From: Pseudomonadota bacterium
Lineage (GTDB): Bacteria > Desulfobacterota > Binatia > Binatales > Binataceae
Direction of reading: 5' to 3'
Assembly (NCBI GenBank): GCA_021323675.1
Contig: JAJPKP010000061.1
Span: 11,955-75,954 of the forward strand
DNA: 64,000 nucleotides
The notes under the pieces were generated by a model that was given only the letters and a program-made list of their open reading frames with translations, was not told the origin of the DNA and searched no databases. The translations under genes and the position numbers were made by a program. Positions 53,901-61,774 of this stretch are shown in pieces; position 1 is the first letter of the stretch, and every line of letters starts with the position of its first letter.

Positions 53901-54927
53901 CAACGCCGTAGTTGCGATCGGAGCCGTCCGTCATGCCTCCGGTCGGCGGAAGCGATCCGAAGTGATAGAACTTGAGCGGCGTCGAGGGGGAGAGGTTGAT
54001 GATCCGGTTTCCGTTTTTGTCGAGAGCGCCAAAACCCGCGATCTGAACGAATTCCGATTCAAACGGACTGAAACCGGTGCCGCCCACCACGATCCAATCG
54101 TTGGCCTGCCACGCGCCGGGCTTCTTGGTGACATCGTCCTTCACCACGATTTGCGTGGCTGACTTGGCGGGAACCGCCACCTTGTGTGTTGCGTCGTATT
54201 TCGAAGGGCCGGCCGCGTCACCGAGGTAGGTCCAGCTCACGCCCGTGGGTGGAACGCCCTTGAGCCCGTACATCCTCAGCGATCCGCCCTTTTCGACCTG
54301 GATTCCCTTGGTGTAGCCGGGGCAATCGTTGTTGACGCAGTTGGGACTTTTATCGCCGGTGAACTTGATAGTGACGTTGGTCGCGGGGTTGATGGTGCCA
54401 ATCGGACACTTGGCGTTGCCGACTTCGAGGCTTCCGAATACGTCGATGCCGGTAGTCGTCAGCGTGACTGGAAGCTGCGCTGTGCGATCGAGAAATTTTA
54501 CCGTGGCTCCGGCGTTGATCGTGATCTTGCCGTAGCTGGCGTTGGCGGTGTCAACGTAAACCGTGACGTTCCCTTTGCACTCCGGTTGGGTTTTTGAATC
54601 GCTGCCGCCGACGACGACATCCTTGGTCTTCGTATCGACCATGCATTTGGACAATATGCCGTAGTTTCTCTGAACTTCGCATTCAGGAGTCGCGGTAGCC
54701 TGGGGCGCCGGTGGCGTCGCCTGAGGCGGGTTTGTCGCGTGATTTTTCTTGTGATGTCGGCGCGCGGCGGCCGGCGAGGCCAGCATCGCGACAACCAGTA
54801 CAACCGCGATCGGAACCGCCGATTTTGCAATCGCCAGCGGCTTGATGACCTTGCTGCGCGCTGTGAAAACAGCGGCAATCCGGGCCCAATTCCGGGAAAT
54901 CATCGTCGAGAATGAATTCATACTCAT
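50920..54927 (-). CDS. giant secreted G8-domain / parallel beta-helix protein, CEMIP/TMEM2-like
   Basis: Signal anchor, then Pro-rich linker. About 800 aa with block-wise similarity to animal CEMIP ('RAEVGLITRNITL', 'GGEIKFLQGF', 'YPIHFHM', 'SIHHSYNKC', 'NHNLGLG', 'VNNRAHG'). Cys-rich ~450-aa C-terminal region. Start ambiguous (54966, 54927 or 54903). Confidence 0.7.
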   Translation of the reverse strand: MSMNSFSTMISRNWARIAAVFTARSKVIKPLAIAKSAVPIAVVLVVAMLASPAAARRHHKKNHATNPPQATPPAPQATATPECEVQRNYGILSKCMVDTKTKDVVVGGSDSKTQPECKGNVTVYVDTANASYGKITINAGATVKFLDRTAQLPVTLTTTGIDVFGSLEVGNAKCPIGTINPATNVTIKFTGDKSPNCVNNDCPGYTKGIQVEKGGSLRMYGLKGVPPTGVSWTYLGDAAGPSKYDATHKVAVPAKSATQIVVKDDVTKKPGAWQANDWIVVGGTGFSPFESEFVQIAGFGALDKNGNRIINLSPSTPLKFYHFGSLPPTGGMTDGSDRNYGVDERAEVGLITRNITLTSVTPATGTSNHWGGEIKFLQGFNEVSIQGVEISKFGKDKLGSYPIHFHMDQDVAQKPLLDSNSIHHSYNKCIAIHSTQNLTISNNVCARITGHIFYEEIGDEDNVTFNHNLGLGAMSNWFDVNDGGTPETARNTLISNSWWVGDNMVDPLNQDSKKMPFDQFKIPDTGDQTAGTVGSCMKFGDKNTNDNGSFIPTGTQPPCNSGEYYYEPASGFWIVNPSTNLTNNSIGGCQGEGKGYWYVPPFRGSQTLQSKKFIPVGTYTGIGNPHGTFVNNRAHGCDSGLYSGDNQDINAEALQPYQNGVKSPTNHATMAEFTGVTVTRNRFRGIWLRPSFYTVSGARIATNRDGISLVTSGGPDGNYPGIYSLLSDSVIVGISQNNVDRFGPCPSIRQSSQGLGQIGGWNFGCIDKTAAAKGQQGTGADRINNGYPDNRWNMAGYMIYDGPALIFHDRFVNFKADPTSLLTTYDTAYLNSPPSPIPPPPNGVYEGDAALGWFQGNLSSYPVATASEKLSWDNVDFRHQVYTQQVNISAFNDGDKNTAIIDLDGTLSGYTVKPTSDDSLDGKLHPISLNNLELNAAGSTPGGSVDECQATGKQDKKMEGRANANFSPGEAAALEFQTLFPNPPDPNADNDQNRHDQHVTFTKDSTEFSGNLREHPEMVLSGRDGQGVWEPKIQSGYGYTITADQGIASVVHVAVVDTVKPNISADSPFYVRVGICYTGTGSSTQNNHPNSASLFTITQGYRSWGGGGVDPTDQELRKAYNQLDGQANGLTSKEACFNLDRQNYKKDKNCPSVGVIPVPTSGTCPTGSHKDSNRSLCIYDKATLTPANSISELTSNGKPVLDKYFYDPSTGWLFLYVAQVRPNATGPSPLGACTGDSSTDPYFCPSKNGGESYYVCPAEGCQDYGIVLNDSTWSPLASKCPDPYVTYGTPATPTLDGNLVASSGGTVVNRTEDGGAGGQFPHYKPVAEPTGCITP

Positions 54928-55008
54928 CGAACTCCTGCGCGGCTGTCCGCGCCCGATATCACACACGCCGGAACTGAGCGGATGGATTTTAGACGCGGTT
55001 TGGCCACC

Positions 55009-56499
55009 TTATCTTCGAATCTTCGCGGCCGCCTTTGCGCTTCCGGCTTTGCTGCCCGCCGTAAACTGCGGGGGCAGGCTCGTCGCCGCTCCACCGCTGA
55101 CCGTCGGCAACGGGAAGAACTTCACGCCGTGCCCGTTATCGCAACTGGACGTCGTCGCAAGGCTGGCGCAACTGCCGGCCGGCAGCGCGGTCGCGATCGT
55201 CTGCGGGTTCTTCTGCAGCTTCGCCAGATTGATCTGAACGACGAACGTCCGAAAGTCGTCGATCACGTATCCAAGGTTGTGGCAGGTGTCGATGTCCGTG
55301 CCGTAGGGAAACTCGGCAGCCTGGAACGGAAGCCCGAGAGGATCCGACGGTATCGAACTGTGCACGCTTTTTACTTGCGAATCTTTCAGTTGTTTGACCT
55401 TGCCGGTCGGGAGACTCAGGAGCGCGATCTCGTTGGAAGAGTCCGCGGTGATGAGCGCCTTGTGGGTGAGCGGATTCACCCCGACGCCCGGCATCCCGAT
55501 CGAGCCAACCTGGGTGTCGTGGTTTACGGAATTGGGTTGCGTTCCACCTTCGTCCAGCGAGCAGGCGTCGGTGCCCAATCCGTTGAACGTCGACCGGTTT
55601 AGATTGATCACGCTCACCTGCGGGGACTCGAAATTGCCCACCACCCAGATATCGGTCGTGGGATCGACGCCGACACCGTCTGGGTCAGCATCAAGGTTGA
55701 CGACATTTTGATCGACCAGGAGACAAAGAGTCGGCGGGTCGCCCAGATGAGGAACGAGCAGCAGAAACGCGGCCAAATCCGACGTCGAGATGGTCAAGTC
55801 GGTCTTCGGTAACAGGCCGAATGCGTTCACATCGACCGACGTTATGAGCAACGGACCGAAGGTCCCGGTGCCGAGATCGAACAATGCCTCGCCGGTGCAT
55901 CCGGCTGAGTTGCTGCAATCGGGTGCATCGTTCATCGAAATAAGGGCGGTGTTGTTGTCAGGATTGACCACGACGCCCGAAGTCGGCCCGGGTCTGCTGC
56001 CGGTCGGAAACGAAACCTGGGAAATCGAAAGGTCGGCTTCGTTGATCAGGAGCAGCGTTCCTGTCGTGACTGCGTTGTCCGCGAGGACCAGAACCGTGCC
56101 GCTTTTGATGTCAACGGCGGCGGCGCGGGGCAGGGCGACCAGGCCAATATCGATGACCGTAACCAACGGATCGCCCTTGTCTGGGTCAACGCTCAAATCG
56201 AGCACCGCGACCTGCCCGTGGAGATTCTCGTTGAGGAAGTCGAGTGGCACGTATGCGCGCTGGCGCTTGCAATCGATCGCGATGACGCTGGAATTGGTCG
56301 CTGGGACCGCCGATACTGCCGGCGCGCCTCCTCCTCCGCTGCTGCCGTTGCATCCGGCCCACATCAGAGCCAGGACGACCAGACAAAGGGCGCCCAGCGC
56401 CCGGGAGGTGATATTAGGCTCGCCAATCGTGCGTTTGATCCCGCTTGTTGCCATAGGAACCATTCCCGCCCTTCCTGAAACTCGAAGCGTTTGACTCAA
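55009..56499 (-). CDS. lipoprotein with beta-propeller-like repeats
   Basis: Lipobox 'LALMWAGC'. Repeated 'V.V.D...G' strands. 42-nt gap to the G8 gene on the same strand. Probable start at 'MATSG' (56454). Confidence 0.55.
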   Translation of the reverse strand: MSQTLRVSGRAGMVPMATSGIKRTIGEPNITSRALGALCLVVLALMWAGCNGSSGGGGAPAVSAVPATNSSVIAIDCKRQRAYVPLDFLNENLHGQVAVLDLSVDPDKGDPLVTVIDIGLVALPRAAAVDIKSGTVLVLADNAVTTGTLLLINEADLSISQVSFPTGSRPGPTSGVVVNPDNNTALISMNDAPDCSNSAGCTGEALFDLGTGTFGPLLITSVDVNAFGLLPKTDLTISTSDLAAFLLLVPHLGDPPTLCLLVDQNVVNLDADPDGVGVDPTTDIWVVGNFESPQVSVINLNRSTFNGLGTDACSLDEGGTQPNSVNHDTQVGSIGMPGVGVNPLTHKALITADSSNEIALLSLPTGKVKQLKDSQVKSVHSSIPSDPLGLPFQAAEFPYGTDIDTCHNLGYVIDDFRTFVVQINLAKLQKNPQTIATALPAGSCASLATTSSCDNGHGVKFFPLPTVSGGAATSLPPQFTAGSKAGSAKAAAKIRR

Positions 56500-56799
56500 G
56501 TAGAAGAAACCTTCCTGCGATGGAAATAGGTTTTCGATGAATTTATGTTCGAATTCGCGCGCAAATCAGGAAAATCAAAGTTGCGTAACGCAGCGTTAAA
56601 GCGTGATTTCGCCATTAACGCCCAGAATTGATGCCTCTTGCCGAACGGCGTTCTACGCTAGTCAATTCAAGCCCAAACTACAAGGAGGTCGCCTACGAGC
56701 AATGCGGCGATTGTAGTGGAGGCTTAGAGGCGCGTGGAAGCCAACGTCCATTTGAAAAATCTAAAAGATTAGTAAAATTTGTGTCAGGCCGGAGACCAG

Positions 56800-59703
56800 A
56801 TGGATAACCAGCTTCATTTCCCGCCGTTTCGCTTGGATCGGCGTGGAGGCAAACTCTGGCGGGGTGACCGCTCGATTGCTCTCAGACCAAAGACGTTCGC
56901 TCTCCTTGATTATCTCCTTGCACACGCTGGCAAGCTCCTAAGCAAGAACGAACTTCTGACGGCATTGTGGCCGGACGTGAATGTCCACGACGCGGCCCTG
57001 ACGGTGTGTATCCACGAGCTTCGCGACGCGCTGGGCGACGATGCGCAAGCCTGTCGCTTTATAGAAACCACCCACGGACGCGGCTATCGATTCATCGCGC
57101 AGGTAACTGCGACGGATCCCGCTTCCGTTCAGGGCGAGGACGATGTCTTCGTGGGGCGGCAGGAAGAGCTTGCCGCGCTTTCCCAAACCTGGAGGCGCGT
57201 CCTGAAGGGAGCCACGCGGGTGGTGTTTGTGTGCGGCGAGGCGGGAATCGGCAAAACCACCCTGGTCCAGAGGTTTCTTGCTGCCGCCGAACGGCCAACA
57301 GCGTCCTGGACAGGCCGCGGACAATGCGTCGAGTTGTATGGAGAAAGCGAGTCCTACCTGCCGATCCTCGAGGCGCTTGGGCAGATGTGCCGCGGGAGAA
57401 GCGGCGCCGAGGTCAGGCGTGTTCTCCTCAAATATGCGCCGAGCTGGGCGCTTGAGATTCCCGGACTGGTGGCGGCCGCCGACCTGCCGGCGGTTCGGCT
57501 CGATTCAGCTTCCGCGCCGCTGTCGCGCAGGCTTCGGGAGTTCGCCGAAGCGATTGAACTGCTGGCGGCAGTGCGTCCGGTGATACTGGTCTTCGAGGAC
57601 CTTCACCTGAGCGATCGCGCCACGCTGGAACTCATATCCTACCAGGCAAGACAAGGCGGCGAAGCGCGCGTGCTCATCATCGGCACCGCTCGTCTGCAGG
57701 AGGAGCGCACGCGGCCGGTGAACGACATGATTCGCGATCTCAACAGCCGCCATCAATGCGAGCTTCTCGAGCTCGACGCTCTTGGTCAGGGCGCGGTGGC
57801 CGATTACCTTCGCCGCCGAATCGGAAACGAGTCGGTATCGCTGGATCTTGCCACCCAGGTCTTCAGCCGCACCGAAGGCAATCCGTTGTTCATGGTGACA
57901 ATCTCCGACCGGCTGCTGGAGTTCGATGACGGCAGCCGCCAGGTCGGTGCTGACGACCTCGAGCGCATCGGGGTGCCTGACAGCCTGCGCGACATGATCG
58001 AAAAACAGTTCGACATGCTGGCGGACAACGACCGCCGGCTGATCGAAGCCGCGAGCGTTGCCGGGGTCGAGTTTCCGGCGGCAAATCTCCGGGCGGCACT
58101 TGGCCAGAGAAGGGACGGTGCGATCGAGCCATGGGAGGATCGCTGTGATGACCTGGTCCGGCGCGGCCGGTTTCTCCGGCGCAGGGGAATCACGCAGTGG
58201 CCGGACGGAACCTTGTCGGCGCGATATTCGTTCGTTCACGGGCTGTACCAGGAAGTTGTCTATAACCGCGTCAATCCCGCCCGCCGCGCCCGCTACCACC
58301 TGCGGATCGGCGAACGGATGGAGGCGGCATACGGCACCCGGGCGGGCGATGTGGCGGCCGAGTTGGCTGCTCACTTCGAGAAGGCGGGCGATAACCAACG
58401 CGCGGTCAAATACTTTGGCGCATCGGTTGAAACCGAGCTTGGGCGTTCCGCATACGATGCCGCGATCGCGCAGGCCAGAAAGGCGCTGTCACTTGCCGGT
58501 GCGCTGCCGGCGGGGCCGCAGCGCAGCGGCGAGGAATTGCGGCTGCGGATGCTTCTGGGATCCGCCCTGATGGCGCGACTCGGCATCGCGGCGCCATCCG
58601 TCAAGCAGGCATACGCCCGCGCCGAAGAGCTGGTTGAGAGGATGGATGATACTCCGGCCCTCGTTCCGGTTCTGTTAGGCTCGGCCAAGTTCCACATCGT
58701 CCGAGGCGAACTCGATGCCGCGCAGAAGTTCGCGGAGCGAGCGCTGAGAATGGCTCATCACGCGCAAGATCCTGACCTTCTTCTGGAAGCACGGCTGGTT
58801 ATCGGCGCGATACTCTATAGCCGCGGAGAATTTCGCGATTCGCTGAGGCACTTCGAGCAGGCTGAATCTCTCTACGATCCCGCCAGACATCGTCTCCACG
58901 CTCTAACCTACGGAATTGAGCCCGGCGTGCTCGGCAAGAACTATGTCGCGATGAACCTGTGGCGGCTGGGATTTGCCGACCGAGCGCGCAAACATGCCAC
59001 CGAGGCGGTCGCGCTTGCCGAGGAATCGGGACATGCCCACAGCATCTCGTTGGCGCTCACCGGTTTGGCCTCGATTTACGAACGCTGCCGCGATTGGTTG
59101 TCGGCGGCGGCCTGGGCCGAGAAGCTGGTCAACTACGCGGCGGAAAAAGAGCTGGAGTTGTGGCGCGCGTGGGGAGAGGTGCTCTTGGGTACCGCGCAAG
59201 CCGAACTCGGCGATTCTCGCCAGGGATCGATGAGGATTCGATCGGGCCTCGACTCGCTCGAAGCAACCGGAGGCAGCGCACGACAGGCCGAAGTCGCCGC
59301 GCTCGAGACGCTGGTTCGCGCGCATGCGCTGGCGGAGCAGGAGGCGCTCCACATTGCAACCAAGGCGCTTGCGACCGCCCGCAAAACGGGCGAACTGACC
59401 GACGAGGCGGAGATGCAGCGAATTATCGGCAGCTTCCGGCTCGCCGGAGGCGGCGCTGGAAACGAGGCGGGGCACGCAGAGGGAGAACAGAGCCTGCTTG
59501 AAGCGATCGAAACGGCGGATCGGCAGAACGCGCTGGCCTACAAGCTTCGGGCGGAGATCGTTCTGGCGCGCCGGCGTATGCAGCGTGGAGACCGCGAGAG
59601 TGTGCGCACGCGTCTGATCGAGTCCTACCGGAGGTTTACCGAAGGCTTCGATACCGCCGACCTGAAAGAGGCAAAAACGCTAATCGAAGAATTGCAAGCC
59701 TGA
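56800..59703 (+). CDS. winged-helix (OmpR/PhoB-type) + P-loop NTPase + TPR/helical (STAND-like) transcriptional regulator
   Basis: N-terminal trans_reg_C 'LRPKTFALLDYLLAHAGKLLSKNELLTALW...GRGYRF'. Walker A 'GEAGIGKTT'. About 600 aa of helical repeat. Confidence 0.7.
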   Translation: MDNQLHFPPFRLDRRGGKLWRGDRSIALRPKTFALLDYLLAHAGKLLSKNELLTALWPDVNVHDAALTVCIHELRDALGDDAQACRFIETTHGRGYRFIAQVTATDPASVQGEDDVFVGRQEELAALSQTWRRVLKGATRVVFVCGEAGIGKTTLVQRFLAAAERPTASWTGRGQCVELYGESESYLPILEALGQMCRGRSGAEVRRVLLKYAPSWALEIPGLVAAADLPAVRLDSASAPLSRRLREFAEAIELLAAVRPVILVFEDLHLSDRATLELISYQARQGGEARVLIIGTARLQEERTRPVNDMIRDLNSRHQCELLELDALGQGAVADYLRRRIGNESVSLDLATQVFSRTEGNPLFMVTISDRLLEFDDGSRQVGADDLERIGVPDSLRDMIEKQFDMLADNDRRLIEAASVAGVEFPAANLRAALGQRRDGAIEPWEDRCDDLVRRGRFLRRRGITQWPDGTLSARYSFVHGLYQEVVYNRVNPARRARYHLRIGERMEAAYGTRAGDVAAELAAHFEKAGDNQRAVKYFGASVETELGRSAYDAAIAQARKALSLAGALPAGPQRSGEELRLRMLLGSALMARLGIAAPSVKQAYARAEELVERMDDTPALVPVLLGSAKFHIVRGELDAAQKFAERALRMAHHAQDPDLLLEARLVIGAILYSRGEFRDSLRHFEQAESLYDPARHRLHALTYGIEPGVLGKNYVAMNLWRLGFADRARKHATEAVALAEESGHAHSISLALTGLASIYERCRDWLSAAAWAEKLVNYAAEKELELWRAWGEVLLGTAQAELGDSRQGSMRIRSGLDSLEATGGSARQAEVAALETLVRAHALAEQEALHIATKALATARKTGELTDEAEMQRIIGSFRLAGGGAGNEAGHAEGEQSLLEAIETADRQNALAYKLRAEIVLARRRMQRGDRESVRTRLIESYRRFTEGFDTADLKEAKTLIEELQA

Positions 59704-59715
59704 TCGTCCCGGCGA

Positions 59716-60417
59716 TCAACGCCATGGTTGGCGGATACTTTCCGTGTCGCCGGTTTCCCGGTTGACAAGTACCATTTCGATTTCGCGGTATTCGCCCTTT
59801 GGGAAAAATACATAGCCGCTCACGGTGAAGTTGCGGTGAACTTCCTCCGGCCGCAGGGCCAATCCGGCGATCTGTTCGCTGGCCTGCTGGTCGGCCTTGC
59901 TTTGTCCGCGTGATGCGCCGCTAAGCATGCCGCTGCCGGCGCCGATCACCGAGCCTAATACCGCGCCGGTCCCCGCTCCGCCCAAAGCAGCTCCGCCGAT
60001 AGCACCCAAGCCCGCGCCAACCGCTCCAGCCGCGAGTCCGCTTACCGCGGCACTGCCGAGAGCGGCTTTGAGTTCTCCCGCCCCGCCTGCTTGTCTGGCC
60101 GCCTCTTCGGGAGCCAGCGGCGCCACTCGTTCCCCCGCATCGTTGATAGCAAAAATCTGGCTGGGCACGACCGCGTACGGTTCGTTCGTACCGTTGGCAA
60201 TCGATACGTAAACCGGTTGGATATCGCCGACAGGCGAACCTGCCTGCAAGGAGGTTGTAAGATGGCCAGTTTGCGGAGTCGCAACCACCTGCGGAGGATG
60301 CTTGATCGGAGGCGAAGCAACTGCGCATCCCCAAACCGCGACCATAAGCGATATGGCCACAACACCTCTAACAAAAGACCGCAAATGCCAACTATGGGAC
60401 CGTGTTGATGCTTTCAT
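59716..60417 (-). CDS. glycine-zipper lipoprotein (hypothetical)
   Basis: Lipobox 'VAVWGCA'. Central 'GLAAGAVGAGLGAIGGAALGGAGTGAVLGSVIGAGSG' Gly-zipper. Convergent with the regulator (12-bp gap). Confidence 0.5.
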   Translation of the reverse strand: MKASTRSHSWHLRSFVRGVVAISLMVAVWGCAVASPPIKHPPQVVATPQTGHLTTSLQAGSPVGDIQPVYVSIANGTNEPYAVVPSQIFAINDAGERVAPLAPEEAARQAGGAGELKAALGSAAVSGLAAGAVGAGLGAIGGAALGGAGTGAVLGSVIGAGSGMLSGASRGQSKADQQASEQIAGLALRPEEVHRNFTVSGYVFFPKGEYREIEMVLVNRETGDTESIRQPWR

Positions 60418-60439
60418 CATCGTCTCGGAACGAACCAAC

Positions 60440-61220
60440 CAGAACCTTCCACTCTCACTATACGTTTAGAACATTCCCGACCAAACCTGCTACGTAAAGA
60501 TGGACAGGGCCTATCGGCCGATCCGCCGCACGCCTTTCTAAATCATCGAGCCCTACAATCGTAGCGCTTACAACGTTGTGAACCAGCGATGCGGCAGCTT
60601 GTGGCCGCCGCCTCAGGGCATTCATTGGCTATGTTGCTCCCATAAATTCCTCGCTCACCTCATTTTATCTGTTCGCATGATGGAGACCATCGACAAAGGT
60701 CGGCGCCGATCGGGGACAATTCTGTTCTTTGGGGTCTAATACGCGGTTTAATAGTCACATCCTCGCGTTTCCGGCCTGTTACTATCACTTTGTTGTATCA
60801 TCTTGACATTATGTATGTATCACGTTTACGTAGACACGACTGCGACAGTAGTCGGGACTCTTAACCGCGATCACTGGATAGGAAGCGGTAAGGTCTCGAT
60901 CGCACCAGTAGAGAAAAGAGGGGCCTGCCGATGAGCGATGAAATCGCTACGGCAGTGACAGGGACAGCGAAAACCTTGCGACCAGGACGTCGCGCATTCG
61001 GTTTGGCAAATCCTCGCCGAATTCGTGGGCAATAGATAGGCCGAAATAGCGGTTTCGGTACGGTCGGCTGCCGCCGATGCGTCAATGAGCGCTATCAGGC
61101 GCGGGTGGAAAACTGCGCGGACCAGAGCCCGGAGATATCGGGAGGGCGGACGCTCGCCCTACGCCTGCGGCTTCAACAACGTGAGGGCAACCCTAACTCC
61201 ATTGGCTATCCAAGTAATAC
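60440..61220. other. 780-bp low-GC non-coding island
   Basis: No credible ORF on either strand. Lower GC than flanks by eye (not computed). Contains 'ttgacattatgtatgtatcacgtttacgtag' with a TTGACA hexamer and 'tgtatca' repeats. Confidence 0.4.
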
Positions 61221-61664
61221 CTACTCGCCCGTCCGAAACTCCGGTATCGGCTCCCAGAGCGACTGTGTCGTTCGCATCCCGGGTGTCGGCGTTGGCGTCG
61301 AAGTCGGCAGGGTGTCTTCCTCGTCAGAAGTCTCTGTAGCTTCAATTCTCTTTATTACGTAGGCGTTGTCCTCGTTGCTCAGACATCCACAGTCGGGTGT
61401 CGTGGTGACACTGTCAAGACTGTAGTCATTTGGAACGGGTTGATTGGCGCAAATGATCATGACCGAGCCACGAACCGGCTCGATTTTGCGTGCTCTGCAC
61501 GATCCGTGGCAAATCGGACTGGTTCCGGTGGCGGTAACAACCATGTTGCCGGGGATGACATCTTCGGAACAGACGACTTGCGCCTGGCGCGACGCGGCCG
61601 AGACAGTTCCAGCCATCGTGACGCTTGTGAGCAGCAGCAGAAGGGCCGCGTAGGTAGTTTTCAT
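61221..61664 (-). CDS. small Cys-rich secreted protein (hypothetical)
   Basis: Signal peptide 'MKTTYAALLLLLTSVTMAGTVSAAS'. Six Cys. Acidic Thr/Pro-rich C-terminus 'TPTPTPG'. AT-richer codon usage than neighbours. Confidence 0.5.
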   Translation of the reverse strand: MKTTYAALLLLLTSVTMAGTVSAASRQAQVVCSEDVIPGNMVVTATGTSPICHGSCRARKIEPVRGSVMIICANQPVPNDYSLDSVTTTPDCGCLSNEDNAYVIKRIEATETSDEEDTLPTSTPTPTPGMRTTQSLWEPIPEFRTGE

Positions 61665-61774
61665 AATACTCTGTGTGATGCCTTCGGTGTTCAAAAGCCG
61701 GACTATGTCCGCCGTGTGGCGGAGAGCGCATGAGTGCGCAAGTGACGTAGTTCGATAGCGTCGCGCTTACTATC

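Noticed and set aside
60861-61362. 74-85-aa ORFs within the low-GC island and antisense to the Cys-rich gene
   Set aside because: Arg/Pro-rich and overlapping each other. No start context. Treated as non-coding.
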